This document shows positions 16,207 to 24,957 of a stretch of 53,919 bases of DNA, in pieces. Source of the DNA: Firmicutes bacterium CAG:170 (lineage in GTDB: Bacteria; Bacillota; Clostridia; Oscillospirales; Oscillospiraceae); contig FR887093.1 of assembly GCA_000436735.1 (NCBI GenBank), positions 1 to 53,919 of the forward strand, read 5' to 3'. Both the position numbers and the translations under genes were made by a program. Numbering within the stretch: the stretch's first letter is position 1; each line of letters starts with the position of its first letter. The notes beneath the pieces were generated by a model. That model worked only from the letters and a program-made list of their open reading frames with translations. It had not been told where the DNA came from and ran no database searches.

Positions 16207-17833
16207 TGCTGCATGGCAACGGACAAAGAAATACGAACCCAAATGCGGTGATGCGGATTTCTCCGTCGCCGTATTGCGTTCGTATAACTCTCTTATGGTG
16301 GAGCTCAAGAGAGTCTGTACGAACGTCCGAGGCATTACTTTCGTTTTCTGCTTTGCTCGTCAATTCTTCCAGCGAATATGAGAATTTGTGTTTGCCGGGC
16401 GTATGGTAGTAGTCGATCTGAATGCGGTCATCCCAAAGCGTCACCGATTTTACGAACGTGTCGATCAGCTTCTTTTGGTGCTCCTTGCTTCCGACGTTTC
16501 CCTCGCGCATCTGCTCCAGCGAGAAAACAACTCGTTCGCGTTCTATCGGCTGTGACGCTGCCTTTGCTATGGACAATGAACGCTCCAGATCGTGTATCGT
16601 TCCCTCGACTTCAAGCAGCCGGGCCTTGGTCGTTTCCGTGATGATTCCCTGTTCGATTGCCGCCATGATATTCTTCGCAACCTTGCGATTATCAGCCAGA
16701 TCGCGTTCGAGCTGAGCAACGCCCGATTCCCTCCGTGCCATGGCCTGAAAGCTCATGGTGCTGTCTGCAATCCACTCGATTGTATCGTCCTGCAAGATGT
16801 AATCCTGCGTCAGACGCGCGATCAACTTTTCAATGAAGTCGCGGCGCACGTTCTTCTTCTCACATCGGCCCTCTGCGTGACGCTTCTGGCATTGGTAGTA
16901 ATTATGCACGGTTCCGTTCTCCCCGGTGCCAGATACACCGATCATGTAGGAGCCGCAATAGCCGCAGAACAGCTTCCCTGTAAGCAGATATTCTCCGTTT
17001 GCCGACCGCCGCCCGGCGGTCTTTTTCTTGTTCGTAAGCTTTTCCTGCACGGCCTCGAAGACCTCCTTATCCAGAATCGGCGGGATTCCATCTTCAACAA
17101 CAACACCTGAATGGCGGTAAACGCCGATGTAGTTATCGTTTTTCAGTAGGATATGAAAGCTGTTCTTATTCCAGTCGCGCCCCAGCTTCGTCCGTATTCC
17201 GCGCTGGTTGAGCGAACGCGCGATCTCTGCAAGCGGAATGTCTTTAAGAACGCTGTCATAAATCTCTCTGACAACAGCAGCTTCATCAGCGGCGATGGCA
17301 TACTTCCCATCCTCGCCCTTAACATAGCCGAGCGGGAGCATTCCGTTCACCTTGCACTCTATAGCATTATCCACCATCCCGCGCTTGATGTCCTCGCCCA
17401 TGTTTTCGGAATAGAACTGGTTGACATTCATCATCGTCCGCAGCGCAAAGCGACCTGCGGCGGTGTTGCCAAATTCCTCTTTGGCATATAAGGTCTTGAT
17501 TCCGAACGAATCCAGCTTCGCTTCATACTGCAAAGCGTTCAGCATATTGCGGGCAATACGGTTGCTTTTGTACGCGACAACGATCTGGAAGTGCCGTTTC
17601 TCCGCATCGCGCATCATGCGCTGGAAGTTCGGACGTCGGTCAGAGCGACCGGACACTGCCTTGTCTGCATAAATGCCGATGATTCTGATTCCGTTCTTTT
17701 CGGCAAACTCCGTGCATTCAGCGATCTGCTGCTCAATGCTTTCTTCTTTCTGGTTGTGCGAAGAATAGCGGGCGTAAATCACGCCGATCTGTTCAGCGGG
17801 CGCGTATTCAATTTTCTTCGCTGAACGTGCCAT
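16187..17833 (-). CDS. Large serine recombinase (phage integrase)
   Basis: IYARYSS catalytic Ser, DKAVSG..RPNFQRM, recombinase domain, LFCGYCG..YYQC zinc ribbon, coiled coil. Confidence 0.95.
   Translation of the reverse strand: MARSAKKIEYAPAEQIGVIYARYSSHNQKEESIEQQIAECTEFAEKNGIRIIGIYADKAVSGRSDRRPNFQRMMRDAEKRHFQIVVAYKSNRIARNMLNALQYEAKLDSFGIKTLYAKEEFGNTAAGRFALRTMMNVNQFYSENMGEDIKRGMVDNAIECKVNGMLPLGYVKGEDGKYAIAADEAAVVREIYDSVLKDIPLAEIARSLNQRGIRTKLGRDWNKNSFHILLKNDNYIGVYRHSGVVVEDGIPPILDKEVFEAVQEKLTNKKKTAGRRSANGEYLLTGKLFCGYCGSYMIGVSGTGENGTVHNYYQCQKRHAEGRCEKKNVRRDFIEKLIARLTQDYILQDDTIEWIADSTMSFQAMARRESGVAQLERDLADNRKVAKNIMAAIEQGIITETTKARLLEVEGTIHDLERSLSIAKAASQPIERERVVFSLEQMREGNVGSKEHQKKLIDTFVKSVTLWDDRIQIDYYHTPGKHKFSYSLEELTSKAENESNASDVRTDSLELHHKRVIRTQYGDGEIRITAFGFVFLCPLPCSKKEADV
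16277..16325. other. Putative attP
   Basis: Imperfect inverted repeat CGTTCGTATAACTCTCTT / AAGAGAGTCTGTACGAACG around core ATGGTGGAGCTC. Confidence 0.65.
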
Positions 17834-17857
17834 AGTTCCTTACCTCAAAGATCAAAT

Positions 17858-18547
17858 TCAACTGTATGACTTTGCTTTTTCTGCAAGCCATTCTACGACA
17901 TAACCGTATAACGGCTCTGGAATAGTTTCAGCCGATGGAAGTTCATCTGGCAACTCAAAATCGTACATCCCGGTATTCTCTTTGTGAAGGTTTCCGACGG
18001 TTCCGTCTTCCCTCTTGTATTCATAAGTATCTTCCTGTGCGAGTGATGCTGAAACAGTAACTTTCCCATTGGCGAACGAATGGCGGCATTTGTCAAGTGG
18101 ACTGGACATGAAAACGAAAGAGATTGTTTTGCCGGAACTGAGCGATCCAAGGCGATATGCAGCATCAAAATCATACTCGTTCTTTTCGCTGGTAATATAC
18201 GCACTTACCGATAGATCTTCTTCTCGCAACCAATGAAACCCCGCATCGTCAAGTTCAGACGCATCAATATCAATGACAACATAAAGCGTATAGGCGTAAT
18301 TGCTTGTCTGCACTTCGTATGCGGAAACATCTTTTATAAAAACGTTACTCCCGTTGTATGAAATTGCAAATGGAAGACTCCCGGCGAACTCGGTGTCCCC
18401 CATCTCAGAGGTCGAATAAAAGTTCCCCGCTTCATTTAAGCCGCTCTCTATCGTAGATCCACTTCTCGCTCCGCTGCACCCTGTGCAAAATACGATAATT
18501 GCCAGAACAAAAGCAAAAGACGCCACCGTTCTCATCTTCATCTTCAT
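17858..18547 (-). CDS. Putative lipoprotein (lysogenic conversion / superinfection-exclusion candidate)
   Basis: Signal peptide ending FCTGC; visibly more AT-rich; lies between repressor and integrase. Confidence 0.65.
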   Translation of the reverse strand: MKMKMRTVASFAFVLAIIVFCTGCSGARSGSTIESGLNEAGNFYSTSEMGDTEFAGSLPFAISYNGSNVFIKDVSAYEVQTSNYAYTLYVVIDIDASELDDAGFHWLREEDLSVSAYITSEKNEYDFDAAYRLGSLSSGKTISFVFMSSPLDKCRHSFANGKVTVSASLAQEDTYEYKREDGTVGNLHKENTGMYDFELPDELPSAETIPEPLYGYVVEWLAEKAKSYS

Positions 18548-18661
18548 TTCCTCCTTGTCGAAATAACGAGATTGTTATATTCTCTCGAAATAGACCAATT
18601 ACCTATTTTTGTGCTATAATCAAAAATGCGCCGGCAGCCAAAAAGAAAAGGAGATACTGCA

Positions 18662-18823
18662 ATGTCGAGCAAGGAACTGTTGGCCGTACTATGCCTGTTG
18701 GGAAAGATGTCCGATACCGCAAAAAAGGAATGTCTTACGTTTCTTCGCTTGCTGCGAGAAACCGAAGAAACGAAATTGCTTGCTGCTTCTTCGCATCAGA
18801 CAAACCAGCCAGAAGTGAAATGA
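18662..18823 (+). CDS. Small antisense protein resembling the CI C-terminal domain
   Basis: TGCTATAAT extended -10 at 18612-18620, AAGGAG RBS, 53 aa. Confidence 0.55.
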   Translation: MSSKELLAVLCLLGKMSDTAKKECLTFLRLLRETEETKLLAASSHQTNQPEVK

Positions 18824-19112
18824 TCTCCATATCGACCGATGCCAGCCCGTCCTCTTCACTGAGGGCGGGCGTTTTTACGTCCACATCCATATCATCAACA
18901 AGCGTAAACAGTTCGTTCAGCGTTGTGTGCATCCCCGCAGCCAGCTTATTCAGCGCCTGAAGCGTTGGCGTGATCTTCGCGCCGGTACTCGGGTTAATCC
19001 CCTTTTCAAGCATACTGATATATCCATTTGAAAGGCCGCATTGCAGCGCAAATTGGCGCTGAGAAAGTCCATTGTCTGCCCTGTATTTAATTACAAGATC
19101 CTTGAGCGTCAT
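18735..19112 (-). CDS. CI-like repressor (XRE HTH)
   Basis: LSQRQFALQCGLSNGYISMLEKG; divergent from the cro-like gene. Confidence 0.85.
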   Translation of the reverse strand: MTLKDLVIKYRADNGLSQRQFALQCGLSNGYISMLEKGINPSTGAKITPTLQALNKLAAGMHTTLNELFTLVDDMDVDVKTPALSEEDGLASVDMEIISLLAGLSDAKKQQAISFLRFLAASEET

Positions 19113-19141
19113 GGTAGTGCCTCCGATGTTTTGTTAAAAAT

Positions 19142-19262
19142 ATTATACATTCGGCAATCAGCATCGTCAAGACGTCCGTAAAATTTTTTGAACATTTTTG
19201 TTCAATTTGCTTGACAGCCGTGGAATAACGTGGTAATGTGTTCGTGTCAAGCAAATTAAACA
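19142..19262. promoter_or_regulatory. Lysis/lysogeny switch promoters and operators
   Basis: Minus: TTGACG(19170)-17-TATAAT. Plus: TTGACA(19211)-17-TAATGT. 18-bp operators at 19199-19216 and 19245-19262. Confidence 0.8.
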
Positions 19263-19287
19263 CCTTGGCAGAAAGGAGGAACGCCCC

Positions 19288-19488
19288 GTGGGATACCGCA
19301 TCAAGGAAGTCCGTGAAGAAAAGCGCATGACGCAGGAAGAACTTGCAGCAAAAAGCGGCATCAGCCGCACAACGATCTCTGGTTTGGAGAACGGAACAGC
19401 TCGCTCCGCTTCGACAAAGACGTTGCTGAAAATTGCTGCTGCGCTTGAAACGACCGTGGACTGTATTTTTTTTGCCGATAGTGTTTAA
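19288..19488 (+). CDS. Cro-like HTH protein
   Basis: MTQEELAAKSGISRTTISGLENG; AAGGAGG RBS, GTG start. Confidence 0.85.
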   Translation: MGYRIKEVREEKRMTQEELAAKSGISRTTISGLENGTARSASTKTLLKIAAALETTVDCIFFADSV

Positions 19489-19523
19489 TCAGTTAAACAC
19501 TCAATGAGAAAGGGGGACAGAAC

Positions 19524-19721
19524 TTGCCGCCGACCATCAATGTCGATTCCATTCCAGAGTTCCAGAGGAACGCGCTGGCAGATATGGCGCTCGATCTCAC
19601 CCGAGCCTGCTTTGAGATTCCCGGCATGGAAGAACGCTACCAGCAATGGCTCATCGGTTATCGGGAACGGAAACGACAACGCGCCGCTGGGAAAGGAGAT
19701 GAAGCCACCAAGAAAAAGTAA
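19524..19721 (+). CDS. Hypothetical protein
   Basis: 65 aa, TTG start after AAGGGGG. Confidence 0.55.
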   Translation: MPPTINVDSIPEFQRNALADMALDLTRACFEIPGMEERYQQWLIGYRERKRQRAAGKGDEATKKK

Positions 19722-19822
19722 GGGGCCGCTCCGCTGGCACGGAAACGACCCCAGGCACAAATACCCATCTCGATCATAACAGCAGAAAATCGCGCAGTCA
19801 AGCGCGGAATGGAGGTATCGAA

Positions 19823-20221
19823 ATGCCGAACAGCCTGAAAGAGCTGCGGCTGAAAAAACAGATTCCAGCAAAAGAAATGGTTGCCCTTGTGCAGACCATC
19901 TACCCCAAGTACGACATGACGAGCCAGAGTAAATGCGAGAACACGGACGCATACGGGATCTGCTTGCCACAGAAAGCGATGAAAGCACTCTATGCCAAGT
20001 ATGACCCGGATGGCAATGTCCGCAAGCATCTTCGCACCGCTGACCAGCACCGTCTCAAGGACAGGCTGCACGGCAGAATCACCGCCGAAGAAGCCGCCCA
20101 GCTTCAGCGGCAGCTTGCAGCCGATGGCTACGATACGGTTCAGGACTGGCTGACAGATGTCGTGCGCGGATATATCCATAAAGATGAAGCGTCAATGATT
20201 TGTTCAAAAAGAAAGGAATGA
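19823..20221 (+). CDS. Hypothetical DNA-binding protein
   Basis: GGAGG RBS; HTH-like N-terminus and RHH-like C-terminus. Confidence 0.55.
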   Translation: MPNSLKELRLKKQIPAKEMVALVQTIYPKYDMTSQSKCENTDAYGICLPQKAMKALYAKYDPDGNVRKHLRTADQHRLKDRLHGRITAEEAAQLQRQLAADGYDTVQDWLTDVVRGYIHKDEASMICSKRKE

Positions 20222-20225
20222 TTTT

Positions 20226-20414
20226 ATGGCAAATGAAGCAATTCGAGAAAAAGCAAAGGAATCCGGCGTCAGGCTCTGGGAAGTCGCAGAGTGTATCGGT
20301 ATCGCTGATTCAACATTTTGCCGCCAGATGCGGCGTGAGTTGCCAGAGGCTCGGCAGCAGCTCATTCTTCGGGCGATTGATGAGCTTGCAGGGAGGAAAG
20401 GAGAACCTGAATGA
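20226..20414 (+). CDS. Small HTH protein
   Basis: GVRLWEVAECIGIADSTFCRQMR. Confidence 0.65.
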   Translation: MANEAIREKAKESGVRLWEVAECIGIADSTFCRQMRRELPEARQQLILRAIDELAGRKGEPE

Positions 20415-20713
20415 ATAAATACTACTTCACCTACGGCACGGATGGACAGCCGTTCGTAGGCGGCTGGACAGAGGTTGAAGCACCAACCGTCAATCTGGCT
20501 TGCGCGGCGTTCCGCGCTGTCCACCCCGACAAGGAGCCCGGCATTCTGAATTGCAGCAGCGCATACACCGAAGAATCGTTTCTGGGAAGCTGCATGGCGG
20601 GTCCTGACGGAAACTTCCGTAAGTTCTGCCATGAGCGTATCAGCTTCACGGTCGAGCCATGTGACCCGGATGAGCCGGTTGATTTTGAAAATTTGAAAGG
20701 AGAATCTACATGA
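20411..20713 (+). CDS. Hypothetical protein
   Basis: KYYFTYGTDGQPFVGGWTEVEA; coupled ORF. Confidence 0.65.
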   Translation: MNKYYFTYGTDGQPFVGGWTEVEAPTVNLACAAFRAVHPDKEPGILNCSSAYTEESFLGSCMAGPDGNFRKFCHERISFTVEPCDPDEPVDFENLKGEST

Positions 20714-20949
20714 TCGTAAATGTCTACTATCGCGACGAAGAAACCGGCAGCGTCCGCGCCGGACGCCCATACAGCTACCGCTGCAGCATTCCGAACGCCT
20801 CCGTTGGAATGGAGGTTATCGCCCCCACAGCCAAACGCGAAGCACGCGCTGTGATCTGCGAGATCAACGTGCCGGAAAGCCGCATCGACGAGCGGATCTT
20901 GCCGCTCCTGAAAGAAATCACGCAGGAGGCGCCAACCGATGGAAAATAA
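20710..20949 (+). CDS. Hypothetical protein
   Basis: Coupled ORF with AAGGAG RBS. Confidence 0.6.
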   Translation: MIVNVYYRDEETGSVRAGRPYSYRCSIPNASVGMEVIAPTAKREARAVICEINVPESRIDERILPLLKEITQEAPTDGK

Positions 20950-21799
20950 TCTGATCGTTGTCAAGCAGTTGCCGATTATCGAAGACCAACTGCGGCAGGT
21001 CAAAGCTTCTGTCGATGCTCGCGTTGCGCAGGTGCTGGCGCTGGCCTGTACCGAAGCTACCTACAAGGATGTCAAGAAGGCCCGTGCCGAGTTGAACAAG
21101 GAGTTTCAGGACTTGGAGGCTCGCCGCCGTGAAGTCAAAAATGCTATCCTTGCTCCGTATGAGGCCTTTGAAAAGCTCTACAAGGAATGTGCGGCCGACG
21201 CTTTTACCAAGGCAGACGCTGAGCTGAAAGCCAAAATCGCTTCCGTTGAGAACGGCATCAAAGGAGCCAAGCGCGAGGAAATTGTCGCGTTCTACAACGA
21301 ATACCGCGCCAGCTTGAATATCCCCGAAGACATCGCGCCGTTTGACCGCTGCGGCATCAATATCACGATGTCCGATTCTCTGAAAAAGCTGCAAGGACAG
21401 GCTTCCTTGTTCTTGCAGAACGTTTCAAACGATTTGCGGATGATCGAAACGCTGGAGCACAAGGATGAGGTCTTGGTCGAGTACCGCAAATCGCTTTCCG
21501 CACCGGAAGCGGCCCTGATCGTTGACCGGCGTCACAAGGAGATGGAAGAAGCCGCTCGCCGCCGCGCAGCTATGAAATCTGCGCAGGATATTCAGGAGGC
21601 CGCGCAGGCCAAAATCGAAGAAGTTCTGAACGAAGAACCGCCTGCCCCCGTTTCTGCACCCGTCGAGCAGCCCATTCCCACCGAGGTGCCTGCTGAAAAG
21701 ATCTATCAGGTTTCGTTCCGCGTCCGCGGCGGCATTGACAAGCTGAAAGCACTCAAAGAATTTCTCGTAAATGGAGGTTACGACTATGAGCAGTTCTAA
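20939..21799 (+). CDS. DUF1351-like coiled-coil protein
   Basis: KKARAELNK..RREVKNAILAPYEAFE; directly upstream of recT. Confidence 0.75.
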   Translation: MENNLIVVKQLPIIEDQLRQVKASVDARVAQVLALACTEATYKDVKKARAELNKEFQDLEARRREVKNAILAPYEAFEKLYKECAADAFTKADAELKAKIASVENGIKGAKREEIVAFYNEYRASLNIPEDIAPFDRCGINITMSDSLKKLQGQASLFLQNVSNDLRMIETLEHKDEVLVEYRKSLSAPEAALIVDRRHKEMEEAARRRAAMKSAQDIQEAAQAKIEEVLNEEPPAPVSAPVEQPIPTEVPAEKIYQVSFRVRGGIDKLKALKEFLVNGGYDYEQF

Positions 21800-22733
21800 C
21801 ATCGCGCCTGCGAAGAAGCAGACGTTCTCCGTCGCTATCACCACGGAAAACTACAGAAACCTTATAAACAACACGCTGAAAGAACCGGGGCGCGCAAACC
21901 GCTTCATCGCATCGATCACGTCCGCCGTCGCTATTACCCCGGCGCTTCAGACTTGTGACCCCGGCTCCATCCTCGCCGGTGGTCTGCTGGGCGAAGCCCT
22001 GAATCTCTCTCCTTCGCCGCAGCTCGGCCAGTATTATCTCGTTCCGTTCAAGCAGAAAGCCAAGTATGACCGTGAAGGTCACCTGCTTTCGCCCGAATGC
22101 TCCAAAGCACAGTTTGTCCTTGGTTACAAGGGATATATCCAGCTTGCGCTTCGCAGCGGCCAGTATCGGAAACTGGGCTGCATGGAGATTCGGCAAGGCG
22201 AATATTTGGGGAAAGATCCCGAAACGGCAGAACCGCGATTCAGATTCATTGAGGATGACGATCTGCGTGAAAGGCTTCCGATCGTTGGCTACATGGCGCA
22301 CTTCGAGTACCTGAATGGTTTCCGGAAGCGCATCTACTGGTCGCGTGAAAAGGTTCTCAACCATGCGGATACATATTCGCAGGCGTTCAGCAAGGATGCC
22401 TATGAAAAAATCCAGAACGGTCAAATTGCCGACAAGGATATGTGGAAGTACTCCTCGTTCTGGTACAAGGACTTTGACAGCATGGCTCAGAAAACGCTGC
22501 TTCGCCAGCTTATCAGCAAGTGGGGCATCATGTCCACAGAAATACAGCAGGCGTTTATTGATGACGGATCTGTCCTGACTGCTGACCCGAGGACTGGTGA
22601 AATCATTACCGACCATTCCGACGAGCTGGAGCTTACGACCGACGCCCCGCAGCCGGCCGTTGAGGGCAGCGCCCCGGCACAACTTCAGGAGAACGCCGGT
22701 GAACCGGAGCAGATTGACCTCAATTCGCTGTAA
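21786..22733 (+). CDS. recT: RecT-family single-strand annealing protein
   Basis: LGQYYLVPF, FVLGYKGYIQLALRSGQY, WYKDFDSMAQKTLLRQL. Confidence 0.92.
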   Translation: MSSSNIAPAKKQTFSVAITTENYRNLINNTLKEPGRANRFIASITSAVAITPALQTCDPGSILAGGLLGEALNLSPSPQLGQYYLVPFKQKAKYDREGHLLSPECSKAQFVLGYKGYIQLALRSGQYRKLGCMEIRQGEYLGKDPETAEPRFRFIEDDDLRERLPIVGYMAHFEYLNGFRKRIYWSREKVLNHADTYSQAFSKDAYEKIQNGQIADKDMWKYSSFWYKDFDSMAQKTLLRQLISKWGIMSTEIQQAFIDDGSVLTADPRTGEIITDHSDELELTTDAPQPAVEGSAPAQLQENAGEPEQIDLNSL

Positions 22734-23383
22734 TGAGTGTTCCGTACGAAGTCCTTGCAACCGGCTCTACCGGCAACGCCGTTGTGATCGACGGGCAGAT
22801 TCTCGTCGACTGCGGCGTTCCGTACAAGGTCGTGAAGCCAGTTGCAAAAGCTCTCAGGCTTGTTCTGCTGACACACTGGCACGGAGATCATTTCCGGAAA
22901 AGCACGCTCCACGCCCTCGCAGCGGACCGACCGGCGCTCCGTTTCGGCTGCTGCCGATGGCTGGTGCGGCCTCTGGTGGAAGCTGGCGTCAAGCCCGCAA
23001 ACATCGACCTGTACGATTTTGACCACCGATATAGCTACGGTAATTTTACGGTCGAGCCTGTGCCGCTGGTGCATGACGTTCCGAACTGCGGCTACAAGCT
23101 GCTGCTTCCGGCTGGAAAGGTCCTCTACGCCACTGACACAAACAACCTGAACGGGATCTCAGCGCCGAACTTCGACCTCTACCTGCTGGAAGCGAATTAC
23201 GAGGACGAAGAAATCCAAGCCAGAATCAGCGAGAAAAAGGCAAACGGCGAATTCGTCTATGAGCGGCGCGTACTCGGAACACACCTTTCCAAAGCCAAGT
23301 GTGACGATTTCATTTACCAGAACATCGGACCTGCTGGCGAGTACGTTTACCTGCACGGTCACGTCGAGGAGGAACAGGCATGA
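22733..23383 (+). CDS. Metallo-beta-lactamase-fold nuclease (RecT partner)
   Basis: TGSTGN, LVDCG, LLTHWHGDH, HDV, YATDT, LEANY. Confidence 0.85.
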   Translation: MSVPYEVLATGSTGNAVVIDGQILVDCGVPYKVVKPVAKALRLVLLTHWHGDHFRKSTLHALAADRPALRFGCCRWLVRPLVEAGVKPANIDLYDFDHRYSYGNFTVEPVPLVHDVPNCGYKLLLPAGKVLYATDTNNLNGISAPNFDLYLLEANYEDEEIQARISEKKANGEFVYERRVLGTHLSKAKCDDFIYQNIGPAGEYVYLHGHVEEEQA

Positions 23384-23919
23384 ACGGCTTTCTGAAAGAC
23401 ATCACCTATGCCCGGAGCGGCGAATATATCCTGTCGATCTACACGCGGGAAAGCTGCAAGGACCTTTGGAAAAACTTCGGCGAGCGGCCGATCACGTTCT
23501 CCATTGCAAAGAAAGCTGATCCTCGTGGGCTTCGCGCCAACAGCTACGCATGGGCACTCATTGAGCAGCTCGCGGCCAAGCTGAAAACCGACAAGGAATC
23601 CGTCTACGAGGAAATGATTCGGCGCTACGGTGTCGGTGAAAGCTACATCGACGAAGCTGGGAACGAATGCAAGGTGCTGTTTTCCCTGCGCGACGGTGTG
23701 CCGCCGCGGCTTGTGGCCAGACACTATGCCGAGATCGGCGTCGGCTACATCGAGGGCAAAAAATTCATCCACTACCGCGCCTTGAAAGGCACAAGCGAGT
23801 ACACCGCTGCCGAGATGGCTGCGTTCCTCGACGGTATCATCGCCGAGTGTGAGGAACAAGGTATTCAGACCGGCCCGCCCGAAAAAACAGATCAGTACAA
23901 GGAGGCGAAGAAGCCTTGA
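23380..23919 (+). CDS. NinB/Orf-like recombination protein
   Basis: RGLRANSYAWALIEQLA..GTSEYTAAEMAAFLDGIIAECEEQGI. Confidence 0.7.
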   Translation: MNGFLKDITYARSGEYILSIYTRESCKDLWKNFGERPITFSIAKKADPRGLRANSYAWALIEQLAAKLKTDKESVYEEMIRRYGVGESYIDEAGNECKVLFSLRDGVPPRLVARHYAEIGVGYIEGKKFIHYRALKGTSEYTAAEMAAFLDGIIAECEEQGIQTGPPEKTDQYKEAKKP

Positions 23920-24296
23920 CCGTTTATTGCGATTACTGCGGCCACAAAGCCGCGCTGGTCGATGATTCCGAGATCTATGGCCGCAGCTTCGGCCACACCG
24001 CGTATCTCTGCAGAAACTGCGGTGCATACGTCGGCTGCCATGGCCGAACAGACAAGCCCCTCGGCCGTCTGGCCGATGCCACGCTTCGGAAATGGAAAAT
24101 GGCAGCTCACGCCTCGTTCGACCCTCTCTGGAAAACCGGGCCGTTCCGTGGGCGGCGCAAAGCCGCCTACGGCTGGCTCGCTGGACAAATGGGACTTCCG
24201 GTCGAGAAGACGCACATCGGTATGTTTGACGTGCCTCAGTGTCAGGAAGTCATCAAGATCATTGAAAAAGGAGATTTCAAAAATGCTCAACTTTGA
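23916..24296 (+). CDS. DUF3268-like zinc-finger protein
   Basis: CDYCG..YLCRNCGAYVGCH..PLGRLA..HIGMFD. Confidence 0.8.
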   Translation: MTVYCDYCGHKAALVDDSEIYGRSFGHTAYLCRNCGAYVGCHGRTDKPLGRLADATLRKWKMAAHASFDPLWKTGPFRGRRKAAYGWLAGQMGLPVEKTHIGMFDVPQCQEVIKIIEKGDFKNAQL

Positions 24297-24540
24297 TAAG
24301 AAAGACGCTCATGTTTATCCGTTCGACGAATCGCCCGGCGCCGGTATCATCATGGACGTCGATCTGGAACAGCTCATCCGCGAGTCCGAGCGGCTGCGCG
24401 TCTGCCGGGCGATCCTCAATTCCACCAGCATTGATGTGCTCGACGCGCTCGAAGCAGTCCTCACAGAGCCGAACGCTTCCCCGGCCGGTGAGGATATTCC
24501 CGATCCGCGCGTTCCACCCGAGGAGGCCGATCATGCTTAA
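24283..24540 (+). CDS. Hypothetical protein
   Basis: MLNFDKK.. after AAGGAG. Confidence 0.55.
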   Translation: MLNFDKKDAHVYPFDESPGAGIIMDVDLEQLIRESERLRVCRAILNSTSIDVLDALEAVLTEPNASPAGEDIPDPRVPPEEADHA

Positions 24541-24946
24541 CCGCATTGTTCTCATGGGACGTCTGACGCGCGACCCAGAGCTTCGCCGAACGCAGAGCGG
24601 CACGGCGGTTGTCTCCTTCTCCATCGCCTGCGACCGCGATTACGCGGCGCAGGGCGCGGAGCGGGAAACGGATTTTATCGACATTGTTGCGTGGCGCGGT
24701 ACGGCTGAGTTTGTGGAGAAGTATTTCGGCAAAGGCCGCATGATCGTCGTGGGCGGTCGGCTTCAGATACGCAACTGGGAAGACAGGGACGGCAATAAGC
24801 GCCGCAGCGCCGAGGTCGTTGCCGACAGCGTTTACTTTGGCGATTCTAAGCGCGACGGTGACGGCGGCAAACCCAAGGGCGAGCCGACCTATGACCCGAC
24901 CGGCGGCTTCTCGCAGATTGAGGGCGAAGAAGAATTGCCGTTCTAA
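24533..24946 (+). CDS. ssb: Single-stranded DNA-binding protein
   Basis: MLNRIVLMGRLTRDPELR..; acidic EEELPF tail. Confidence 0.95.
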   Translation: MLNRIVLMGRLTRDPELRRTQSGTAVVSFSIACDRDYAAQGAERETDFIDIVAWRGTAEFVEKYFGKGRMIVVGGRLQIRNWEDRDGNKRRSAEVVADSVYFGDSKRDGDGGKPKGEPTYDPTGGFSQIEGEEELPF

Positions 24947-24957
24947 GGAGGTTTCTC

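Noticed and set aside
16296..16304. Possible tRNA gene at the CCACCA motif
   Set aside because: No cloverleaf is present; only a short 3'-end-like core within the integrase ORF.
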